Below, piece after piece: positions 1 through 10,308 of a stretch of DNA of 64,000 nt (position 1 is the stretch's first letter; every line of letters begins with the position of its first letter). The notes under the pieces are model-generated. The model was not told the origin of the DNA, did not search any database, and saw nothing but the letters and a program-made list of their open reading frames with translations. This DNA is from Felis catus (taxonomy: Eukaryota), in the NCBI RefSeq assembly GCF_018350175.1, contig NC_058383.1, forward strand, positions 10,294,001 to 10,358,000, in the 5' to 3' direction. Made by a program: the position numbers and the translations under genes.

Positions 1-392
1 GACAGAGGAAAGGCCCTACGGTGTGGTCCGCCAAGCACTGTTCCCAGGAACAGAAGGCGATAAACTTTTAGGTGATGGCTGCCTGGTTCCTGGTCAATGA
101 TTTCTGATCCCCCCTCCCCCCCCCACCACGTGTAGCTGGGAGGCCCCTGAGCCCCAGGCCCTGGAGGGGCCACTGGGCCTGGAGGCTGGAGGTTTCCATG
201 GCAACCGGGGCCTGGCAATGGCTGATGGGACCAGGAGGGACCTGTGGGTGTCTAGGTGTGTGTGGGGAGCTTCATACTTCCTGGGTGGGGAGGCCTGGCC
301 TGGGGAGGTTGCGGGGGTGGAGAGCCGCGGGGTGAGGGTAGTGACACCAAGCTGGCATCTGCGGCTCCCCCAGCCCTGCTGGGGAGAAGCAG

Positions 393-394
<2 letters not shown>

Positions 395-430
<36 letters not shown>
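395..430. repeat. (GT)n microsatellite
   Basis: Direct inspection. Confidence 0.95.
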
Positions 431-432
<2 letters not shown>

Positions 433-749
433 AGGAGGGAGGGAGGAGGGATGGGGGAGGGAGGGAGGAGGGACGGGGGAGGGAGGGAGGAAGGATGGGG
501 GAGGGAGGGAGGAGGAACGGGGGAGGGAGGGAGGAGGGATGGGGGAGGGAGGGAGGAAGGATGGGGGAGGGAGGGAGGAGGAACGGGGGAGGGAGGGATG
601 GGGAGGGAGGGAGGAGGGATGGGGAGGGAAGGAGGAGGGACGGGGGAGGGAGGGAGGAGGAACGGGGGAGGGAGGGATGGGGAGGGAGGGAGGAGGGATG
701 GGGAAGGGAGGGAGGGAGGAGGGAGGGAGGAGGGATGGGGGAGGGAGGG
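431..749. repeat. Purine-rich minisatellite, ~22-bp unit GGGGGAGGGAGGGAGGAGGGAT
   Basis: Almost pure G/A tract; the aaggatg variant recurs at 491 and 557 (3 x 22 nt apart). Confidence 0.85.
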
Positions 750-2826
750 CATTCACTGGTGCTGCAGGTGGATACTTGGGCTCACGCCAAAAGTTCAAAC
801 CATGTAGGTTAAGCCGGGCCATAAAAAGAACATTGAAAAACAAAAAAGTTCAAACCTAACCACAAGCGTGGCTGCTCCTGGCTCCCCACCTCCTGCCACC
901 CAGCTGATGGGGCAGGTCGGGACGCGTGCCCTTCCTTGGGGCTAGACCCATCCGCAGCTGGGAGCCGGCGGGGGGTGAGGGCCGCTGGCTGGGCTGGGTC
1001 AGTGGGTGCATCCGGCGGTAGGACCAAGATCTGGCAGCTGGACTTGAGGGGCCCGAGGAGGCCAGGGGTCTGCGGGTGGGGTCCACCCCATCCATGCCAG
1101 AGGCAGGAGAAAGTCTGAGAGAGGCCCGGAAGGCCGGGCCTGGGGGCCTCCACACCGGGAGGGAGGGGTAATGTGATCTCTGAATCACCTGGGGTTGGGG
1201 CTTGATGCCATTTAGGATCCTTAGACTTCTGGTTTTGTCCTTGGCCTGTCACTCCTGACTCACAGGCTGCCTGGGAGTCCCCAGGTCGGCCTGCTGGTTT
1301 CTTTCTCCCCCTCGGTGTGTCATAGAAGCAGAGACAGCTTCTCTGCTTGTCGTCAGCAGGTGCGTGCCCTGCCCAGGCTGCTTGGAGAGCAAGGGTGCCA
1401 GGTTCCAGAGTCCTCTGAAGCTCCCACCAGGGGGTGGAGAGGAAGCCGGGTGGGACGGCTCCAGCCCGGGCCCACTGGAGACAGCGCCAGGCCTCGCCCA
1501 GGGCTAGCGGGTTGCTCTGGGGGTCCTGGCTGGTTCTGGGTCAAAACACCCCTCTTCCCCCCACCCCTGTGAAACCCTGCCTCCCGTGCCCTGAGGGTCC
1601 CCCTGAAAGCAGGACAGCCCTCTCTCTCTTCCCCCACGCTGGCCCAGGTACCTCCCCACGAGTCACAGCTGGCCAGGCCTGCCCTTGCTCAAAGCCTGTC
1701 CGTGGTTCCCCTGTGCCTCCAGGCTCCTGAACTTGGCACTCAAGGCCTCCCCTGATGTGCCCAACTTGATTTCCAGCCCAGCCCCATCAACTGCCGGCAC
1801 CAGACTCCACAAGCGCCCCCACCGGAGGCCCTCCTCTCTTACCTATCCCCCTCCCCCTGGGTGTAGAAAGATCCATCCCAGCACCCTCCCTCCCCCCCAC
1901 CGCCTTTTGCAGAGCTCTTTCTTCATAGACTTCTAATCTTTTACTCACCCTTCAGGTCTCCTCTCCACTTGCCACCTCCTCCAGGAAGCCTGCTGTGGGC
2001 CCTGGGTGGGGCGGGCCTTTTCCTTTGCAGAGTTCATACAGACCGTCTGATACTGGAAATTGTCTATTCAGAGTGGGGGTGGGCCTTGAGGGCAGGTGCC
2101 AGCCACGTTCCCCATTGAGTTCCATGTCCAGCCCTGGGCCTGCCAAGCTCCCTGTAGCCTCCTCGGAAGACTAAAAGGAGAAACGAAGGAAGAGTATTAA
2201 GTGAGAGGGTGGGTGCAGAGGACAAGCCCCAGAATCAGGCAGGGCCGGGTGTGAATCCTGGTGGCCCTGGAATGTCACATCAGTTCTCAGACCCTCCGTT
2301 TTCTCATCTCTAAAATGGGAATGATGATACCCTTGCGTGGTTTTGTAGGAAGAGACATCGGTTTCTCGTCACGCTAAGGCCCTCAGCCTAGTGCCTGGCT
2401 TGTAGCAGGTACTCGAAAACTATTTGCTGACCAGCTGATTGGAGGGGTCTGGTGGAAATGGCTTCCCTGGCTCCAGAGGGGCAGGGCTGGGCGTCAGCTG
2501 AGTCCTCAGGGACCCCCTGGCCTTTAGGTTCTGTCCTTCCACTGCTTCTGGAAAAAAGAAGACACATCCAGCAGAGACAGGGCTGCCTTGAAATGGGGGG
2601 GGGGGGCAGGGGGAGGGACAGGGGTGGCTGGGAAGGACACCGCATCTCTGGGGCCTGGGATGGATCTTTCTGAGAAGCAGGGGAGTGGCCCATGATCGGC
2701 TGCACAGCTGGGTGGGATGGTAAGGATGATCAAGGTCGCACATAAATATGGGGTTCCTTCCAGAGGGAAGCTGGGATCCGAGGCACGAATTTGATGGGAA
2801 GTAATTAAAAACTTGCTCAGTTACGA

Positions 2827-3035
2827 GGGGCACCTGGGTGGCTCCGTCAGTTACAACTCTTGATCTCAGCTCTGGTCATGACCTCACGGTTCGTGAGATC
2901 GAGTCCCGCATCGGAATGAGGGACTGAGCTGTCAGCGCAGAGCCAGCGTGGGATTCCCTCTCTTCCCCCATCTTTCTCTCTGCCCCTCCCTGTCTTTCTC
3001 TCAAAATAAACAAATAAACTTAAAAAACAAACAAA
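2827..3035 (+). mobile_element. Carnivore SINE (CanSINE/SINEC)
   Basis: GGGGCACCTGGGTGGCTC head, CT-rich body, A-rich tail. Confidence 0.9.
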
Positions 3036-4640
3036 CTCATTCGTTTACGTCCCTTCAAGGAACGCTTGCCCCCATCTGACCCTCTCTCTAACCAAGCACA
3101 TGAAGGGGACTTGAAGTCCCTCTCTCTCGGAATCCATGTCCCCATCTCTCTACCCGGGTGGCCAGCAGGCAGCAGTGTGGCCTGGCTTCCCTTCCCTGGA
3201 GGGGCCACCCTCCACCCCCACCCTCTCCCTCAGCCCACGTGGGGCCCAGCCAGGGGGTAGCACAGGCTCAGCCGGTCTGGCCAGGCCGGGCAGTCAGGCC
3301 TCCTGTGCAGCCAGGCCTGTCATTACCCCGTCCCCAGCCGGTGGGGAGGATGGCCGCTGGTGCGGGCTGCCAGGCAGAGGGCCAGGCCTCCACTTCCCAG
3401 CCTAGGAACTGGTGGCCTGTCCTGGGCTCACCGGACCCCTGTGAGCGTGGCCCGAAGAATCTCAGTGGGCCAAGTGCTCCCGGGCCCCGACTCTGTGTCT
3501 TTGCTTGAGCTTCCCAGTCCCTGGGCAGGAGGCACCTTCACCCTCCTTACCCAGATGAGGAAATCGGTTTGAGAGAGTTTGCTTCTGTTGCCCAATGTCA
3601 CAGAACTGGTAGTGGCAGAGCTGGGACTCGAGCCAGGGAGGGCCAGGGTTATTCCGGATGAGAGCCACACAGGGGCCACCACATCCTCCCTCAGATTCTG
3701 AAAGTCCCAGCCCGGGGCCCAGCCTTTCCACTGGGAAGGTGCGGGAAATCTCTGTCGTTGCCAGAGCCACGCAGGAGGCGGCCAGTCTGCACCGGCCGGG
3801 GGCTGGAAGTGACGGCCTGTTGCCGCAAGCCTCGGGGAGATCCGGCTTCGGAACGAGCCAGGGAGATGGCTCTGAAGTGCCCTGGTGACACAATCTGTAT
3901 GCTCACCGGGGACCGTGACATTCCATTGCAGACTACTTACTGACATTTAAACATTGTGGAACTTCATGGCATTGTCTCTGGTTAAAAAAGAACACGATCT
4001 TAACTTGTGTCTGTGGGCTGAGAAGTTTGCGAGCTATTGCAGAAATAAATGGTTTCGGACCAGCTTTCCGCTGGACTGATTTTTGAGCTGAGAGTGAGGC
4101 TGTTTTCTTTTTTTCTTCAAAACACCTTGATGTTATAAGGATCAAAATGTTATGTTTGGGGTGTGTGTGTGTGTGTGTGTGTGTCTGTGTGTTGTGATCA
4201 TGGGCTTGGCTGAGCTTCTGTGCCTCTGGGGACCAGGAGTCCAAGAAGTCCCAGCTCCTACCTGGTGTTAGTGGGACCAGGGCTGAGGGGGTGACTTCTC
4301 TGTCCTCATGGTGCTGAACTTCCTGCTGACAAGGCATTTTCACATCCTCATATCGTCTGACACTTCGAGAGGGAAGGGCTCGGATATCCTCCTTTGACAA
4401 CAAGGAAAGTTGAGGCTGGGGATGAAGCCAACCTCCCCATGGTCACACGGCAGGCAAGATGCTCCTGGCATGGGCAGGGATGGGTGAACTGATCTGGGGA
4501 GAGGACTGTTCTTGATAAAAACCAGCATGTGTGGTATAATTCTATTGGCATGAAATTATACAGCAAATATTGGGAGAAAGAAAAAGAAATCAATGCCAAC
4601 CTTGCCCTCCTTGGCCCAGAAGCAAAGATGATGGGTGGCA

Positions 4641-4691
<51 letters not shown>
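4641..4691. repeat. Compound (TA)n(GA)n microsatellite
   Basis: Direct inspection. Confidence 0.95.
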
Positions 4692-5556
4692 TGTCACAGT
4701 AAAAGGTTGTCCAGGCTGTTGGGAGTGGCAGGCTCAGGGAGCCCGAGCGCACGCAGGAAAAGTGTCTGGCTTTTGCTAGTGTTTTTCCTTCAACAGGTGG
4801 GTGGGACCCAGCCAGTGTCTCCTGGCGTAAGTCAAGCATCTACAAATCTCTCTCCAGCTCCACTCATGTGCAGAGCTGCTCACGGTCCCCTGGGGGTCCC
4901 CCTCCTGTTCCTTTTGCACACCTGGGCCCACAGCCCCATCTGGACTCCCCACAGACCTCCCCTGCTCTGGGCCTGCCCTCTGCCTGGGCCTCTCCTGCAC
5001 CTGCCCTTCCCTTCCCCCGCCTCTGATGTGCTTGGCTGAACTGGGCAGGGAAGGACAGCTTCTTAGTCACTTCTTTGGGCCACAGGTGGAAAGTTCTAGG
5101 GCCTGTGTGCTCCCCCTCCCCCACTCTTACTTCTCCAAGTGCCAGTTGGCTGTGTCCCAGGAAGACAAGGGCAGGAAGTTGGCAGGGGCGGGGCAAGGTG
5201 GGGGTCTGGCCAGCTGGCCAACTCACCTCTGTGCTCAGAAAGCTTGCTGAGGGGCTGGGACCATGGCTAAGGAGGCTCTGATGGAGGAGTGCCCATCCCA
5301 TCCTGGGCAAGCCCTCGGCCTTCTCCGGCCTCAGCTTACCCATTTGTGCAAAGGCTCGAAGAGACCCTGCCTCCTTACTGATGGGGAGGCTGTGATGAGG
5401 TCATCACAGGAAAGCACTTAATCTCGAAGGGTAGTTATCTCTGTTGCTCAGCCCACAGGCCTTGGGGTGTGCTGTTCCTCAGAGCCTTGTAAGGAAAACC
5501 TGGGAGGTGTGGTCCAGGCAGAAACCATCCCTGTTTGTGTTGGTGTGTGTCCCTGG

Positions 5557-5560
<4 letters not shown>

Positions 5561-5594
<34 letters not shown>
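5561..5594. repeat. (GT)n microsatellite; others at ~4162-4190, 13037-13069, 27960-27997 and 47355-47388
   Basis: Direct inspection. Confidence 0.95.
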
Positions 5595-5596
<2 letters not shown>

Positions 5597-7099
5597 GGGA
5601 GAGTGGGGGAGGGCGTTTGGGAACCAGGAGAATGCCTCCTGCCTTACTGAGCGCCCCGAGCACTCACTGAGCACCCCTGTGCTGAGGCAGGCATTGCTTC
5701 GGTCTTTGGGAGCCCCCCCGCCTCACAGAGGGGCCGGATGCGTTACCGCCAACCACAGCGCAAGACCGCGACTTCCCCATCACGCTAGATTGTCCCAGCC
5801 AGCCCTGCGGTGTATCAGGTTGTCAACACGGGGTCCAAAGGCCTCCGGTGTGCCCAGGGCTCACAGAGGACTCCAACCGAAATCACGCATGCTTGCTGAT
5901 GCTTCCATGGGAAGCCGGAGGACACACAGCCACCCCAGGGCACCGAGCGTGGTGCTGGACAGTGCTGGGGGCTCTGGGACCTGAAGATCCCCACGTGGTG
6001 GCGACCACGTGGAGGGTGAGGGGCTCCCTTGATCTAGCCACTGTCCTTGACAAAGACCCCCTCAACCCCTCCCCTGCTTTCTTTCACCTCTATTTAGTTT
6101 CCAGAGACATCTCCCTAGGGTGTGCGGGCACCTCTCTGCCTGGCATCCAATGCCCTTGCTGATCCTGATGGGCTCAGTGATTCTTGGGACAGAGGTTTCT
6201 GGCCCTTTCTCTCCAGCCCCTCCCCAACGACCCCAGGGTCTGGTCAGACTGGATTCCTCCGGGTTCCTAGAATTAAGTGCATTCCACCCCCCCACCCCCA
6301 TCAGCACCTTTGACCTCCATGTTTCTTCTCCCCAAATGTCCTCCTTCACCTAGTCCCGCTGCCTTGCAAACTCCCGTTTGTGGCGATTCCTGTCCTCAGT
6401 GCCCTCTGCACCCCCAGAGTTGTACCACGCAGCTCCTCTTTCCTTCCAAGCCCCCTTCCCAGAGCCCCACCTCCATCCTGTCTGTGTTCTTTTTCCCTTT
6501 TGAAGCCTCCTGGGACTTTGCCCCCATCCTGGCTTTATCTGACCACCTCTCTGTGTGTCTTCACAGAGTAAACAGGCTTTTGCTGGGCTTTGCTCCCAGG
6601 GTCTGGCCCGTAGCGTGTTCTTGGTGATCTCCCCCACTCAGGTCTGGCCAGACAGGCTGCAGCCCCAGGAGGAGGTGACCGAAACTCTCCTGGTAGGGGG
6701 CAGGAGTTGGGGGGGGGGAGGTTTCCCTCTCTCTTCTCCTCTGGCAGGGCTGGGAAGCCTGGTGGTGGTAAGAGGGGGGACAGCAAGTAACAGACCCAAG
6801 AGTCCTGGCTCCCCAGCCCCTCGTTCCCCAAACTGCCCTCGTGGAGCCAACACCAAAAACGCGGGGGTGAGGCAAGTGGGTGGATGGTGAGAATGGGAAC
6901 AGTAGTGATCAGGCCAGTGGGGAAGAGATATGGACAGGACTCCAGTAATTGGGGTGGGGATTTTATCCTCAGACCCCCTCCCTGAGGGTCTCCACCCCAT
7001 CTGCCCACCCAAGCCTGGAAGGAGGGAGCCCTGAGGTGTGGAGATCCTGTCTTCGGGACCTGAACCTGGCTGGGCGTGGCTGCCCCATGGGTCCAGGTG

Positions 7100-7400
7100 C
7101 CTGTGGACTGTGACTCAGTATCTATCTCCAGATTGACCTCAGCAAGGGCCTGGGGGCGGGGGTGGGGGGGTGGGGAGAGGGCAGTTTCCCCTGAGACTGG
7201 CTCTCCAGGATCCTGACTCAGGGGCCCAGGGTTGAGGCCTTGAAGGGCCTTTGTTGGCCCTGACTCTGGAATCCAGAGAAACTGGTCAGGGGAAGTCCCC
7301 AGGGACGGAAACCCCTCCCTCTGCCCCCCCCCTCCCCCCCCAGAGCCATATAACTGCTCCAGTCTCCAGTCTCCTGTCAGACTGGAGACAGGAACTGGTC
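7100..7400 (+). promoter_or_regulatory. CLDN4: CLDN4 proximal promoter
   Basis: TATA-like CATATAA at 7347-7353, AP-1 TGACTCA at 7111-7117 and 7214-7220, GC box ~7153-7160, NF-kB-like GGGGAAGTCCCC at 7289-7300, Grainyhead-like AACTGGTC at 7280-7287 and 7393-7400. Confidence 0.75.
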
Positions 7401-7596
7401 CGGTCACACTCGGCTGTGCTGGTGCTTCTGACTCCGGAGAGATAAGGAGCTGAGCCGACCGTCTCTGCCTCTGCACTCACAGTGAAAGTCTTCCCTCTAG
7501 ACGCGAGGGTCTGTCCTCAGCGCTTGGATTCCTACAGCCCCCCGGGGCCGGATCCCCACAGCCTTCCAGGTCCTAGACCCCGGCAGACGCCGAGCC

Positions 7597-8226
7597 ATGG
7601 CCTCCATGGGACTACAGGTGATGGGCATCGCGCTGGCCGTGCTGGGCTGGCTGGGCGCCATACTGAGCTGCGCGCTGCCCATGTGGCGCGTGACGGCCTT
7701 CATCGGCAGCAACATCGTCACGTCGCAGACCATCTGGGAGGGCCTGTGGATGAACTGCGTGGTGCAGAGCACCGGCCAGATGCAGTGCAAGGTATACGAC
7801 TCGCTGCTGGCGCTGCCGCAGGACCTGCAGGCGGCCCGCGCCCTCATGGTCGTCTGCATCATCCTGGCCGTGCTGGGCGTGCTGCTGTCCGTGGTGGGCG
7901 GCAAGTGCACCAACTGTGTGGAGGACGAGAGCGCCAAGGCCAAGACCATGATCGTGGCGGGCGTGGTGTTCATTCTGGCCGGCCTGCTGGTAATGGTGCC
8001 CGTGTCCTGGACGGCCAACAACATCATCCGGGACTTCTACAACCCGCTGGTGGCCTCCGGCCAGAAGCGGGAGATGGGTGCCTCTCTGTACGTCGGCTGG
8101 GCCGCCTCGGGCCTGCTGCTCCTCGGGGGGGCCCTGCTGTGCTGCAATTGCCCCCCGCGCACCGACAAGCCCTACTCGGCCAAGTACTCTGCCGCCCGCT
8201 CCGCCCCGGCCAGCAACTACGTGTAA
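7597..8226 (+). CDS. CLDN4: Claudin-4, single coding exon, 209 aa tight-junction protein
   Basis: [20 protein letters not shown] start in a strong Kozak context (gccATGG). Claudin W-GLW-C-C motif (WEGLWMNC...QC), four hydrophobic helices, NPLVA in extracellular loop 2, C-terminal PDZ-binding NYV. Adjacent to METTL27 as in human. Confidence 0.97.
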   Translation: MASMGLQVMGIALAVLGWLGAILSCALPMWRVTAFIGSNIVTSQTIWEGLWMNCVVQSTGQMQCKVYDSLLALPQDLQAARALMVVCIILAVLGVLLSVVGGKCTNCVEDESAKAKTMIVAGVVFILAGLLVMVPVSWTANNIIRDFYNPLVASGQKREMGASLYVGWAASGLLLLGGALLCCNCPPRTDKPYSAKYSAARSAPASNYV

Positions 8227-9008
8227 GGTGCCGCCACTCAGCTCTGTCTCCGGGCTTTGCTTCTCCCTGGACTGAAGGCGCAGCCCGTGCCCCCGGGGAT
8301 GTTCCTGCCACGGGCTGCAGGCTGCACAAGCAGGGACTGAGCCAGGCCACCGGCGGGCAGCCCCTTCCGGCCCCCTCGGACACCTACCCAGAGCCTCCTC
8401 TCCGCCAGCAAGGATGGATGGACAGAAAGAGACTCCTGTGCTGCCCTCCTCTGGCCCCGGGGACACAGGAGAGGGGGCGGAAGTAACAGGGTGCGGCGGA
8501 GGGGGGAGCTGGCTCCTGCCGGTCAGGAGAGCACGGCCCTGAATTTGCTTGGGCTCTGCCTCCGCGGGTGCCCGGCCCACTCTTGTGTTGGCCGTGAGGA
8601 TGGCTGGCGCCTCGCTCCCCCACCTGCCCGTGGAGCAGAGTTGACACAGAGTTGACAGACGGGTTTAGAGGGGAGGGGTGAAGGCTCTACAAACTGGTTT
8701 GGGTGGTGGTGGGGGAGGAGACCGCGGAGGCTGCCCAGGCTGCCTGCACCCCTCCCTCCCCCCACCCTGCAGCCTCAGGGCTCTGCCTCAGCGGCCTGGG
8801 TAGGAGGACCCCAGCCTCTTGTGACCAGTCACGCCTGGATTCGCCACCCCTGCCAAGGTCGTTGGGCATCCTGGGAAGAGCAGGGGGGACGGTCTTTCTC
8901 TGGCCTTCATTCCCAGGACGTCCTGGACCTTTTTTTCCCTGCCTCCTCTCTGGTTTCTGTTTTGTAACTTAATATCTGTTTGTCATGGTAATTACTATAA
9001 TTTTCTAC

Positions 9009-9014
9009 AATAAA
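9009..9014 (+). terminator. CLDN4: CLDN4 polyadenylation signal
   Basis: AATAAA ~780 nt after the stop codon, preceded by a T-rich stretch. Confidence 0.75.
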
Positions 9015-9936
9015 TGGGACCTGTGCACAGGAAGACCATATCGTTTCTGATTTCAGCCGTGAAGGTGGGCAGGGGAGGGCTAGAAGCCTGGGCAGGGGTG
9101 AGGGAGGAGTACGACCGTTGTGTGGTGGTCAACACAAGAACACTTAAAAAAACCACAACAACAACCTGGTTTCGAGGAACTGTGACAAATCAGAGCTGGC
9201 CCTCACCTTGGGAATCACCTCGCTCAAGCCCTTCGTTTGCTGGAAGGTCAAGGCGATCATAGGAAACGCACTGCTGAAGTGCTGGGGACCCCAGGGGGGA
9301 GGCCACGTGAGAACACTCAGCCCTGGGGGGTGGGCCACCTGCCCTCTATCCATCTTTGTCCCAGCTCTGTCCGAACCTGGGCATCCAGGTTGGTCTGCTC
9401 ACCCTCCAGGTCCCATGTCCTGGCCTTGGCCCAGGCTGTTTCCTGCTCTGGGTCTAGAATGTCCTTTTTGCCTTTCTCCACCCCTCGGAATCCTGCTTGT
9501 CCTGAAGGCCAGGCTTCAGTCTTCCTCCCTAATGAGCCTTCCCACAGTCCCTGTGTGAAGGAATTATCATTAGTCCTGATCATACCCCCAAGGCCCGGGG
9601 GTCACTGAACCCTTTCACCCGGCAGACACGCCCTGAGCTCAGCTTTCCGGCTCCTTTAGAGAGGAGGAAACTGAATCCTGGCCATGTGAAGGTACTTGGC
9701 CAAGGCCAGAGGCACGGGCATGAGTTTCCTGTCCTCGAGTTAGCGTGAGAGGGCCCACCACGGGAGGTGTCAGGAAGTTACATCTGTGGCCCTGTCGGGG
9801 CTGGCTCAGGGGCGGCCTGGGGTGGGGGCCCTCTCTGTTCCATCTCTTCTCACTTCTGTCCTTCTCAGGGACGGATGTCAGTTTCCTGGGGAAGAGACTC
9901 ACAGAGCCAGAGTCCTGCTACCCCTCCTGGGACTCA

Positions 9937-9942
9937 TTTAAT
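9937..9942 (-). terminator. METTL27: Candidate METTL27 polyA signal (ATTAAA)
   Basis: TTTAAT on the + strand, ~85 nt beyond the METTL27 stop. Confidence 0.45.
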
Positions 9943-10027
9943 GGGCAAGGTTGGCTCAGGGGCCCCATTTTACAGATGAAGCAGAGGAGGCCCAAGGACG
10001 GGCCTGGAGGAGACCTGGATGGGAGGG

Positions 10028-10308
10028 TCAGAGGCCAGCTGGGGGCTGAGGACTGGGCCTCAATCCCTCCACCTGGGCCCCCTCCTGCTTTCGGTACAGG
10101 TAGACGATGCCAGAGATGAAGCCATCGCTGTCAGAGGTTCTGGGCACCACCTCAAGCTCGGATGTGGCCAGTTCCCACTGGTCCACAGGCCAGGCCACTA
10201 GGCGTTCCCACGCCCCGGCCTGCTCCAGCCTGTCCAGGGTAGCCTCCAGGGCCTCCTTGTAGTGAAGGTTGGACGGGTTGGTCCGGGTGGTCAGACACAC
10301 CAGCCCCC
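10028..10308 (-). CDS. METTL27: METTL27 last coding exon (GGLVCLTTRTNPSN...GIVYLYRK...PAGL*)
   Basis: ccctag acceptor, in frame with ORF 10028-10300. Confidence 0.9.

Noticed and set aside
94..859. Pro-rich and Gly/Glu-rich ORFs in several frames
   Set aside because: Translations of the GT repeat and the G-rich minisatellite.
6535..7476. 313-aa minus-strand ORF over the CLDN4 promoter
   Set aside because: Low-complexity GC-rich translation with no recognisable homology.
7482..8580. Long alternate-frame (7482-8486 +, 334 aa) and antisense (7497-8027, 7612-8580) ORFs over CLDN4
   Set aside because: Shadows of a very GC-rich CDS. The + ORF starts at GTG, has no early ATG and no recognisable domain.
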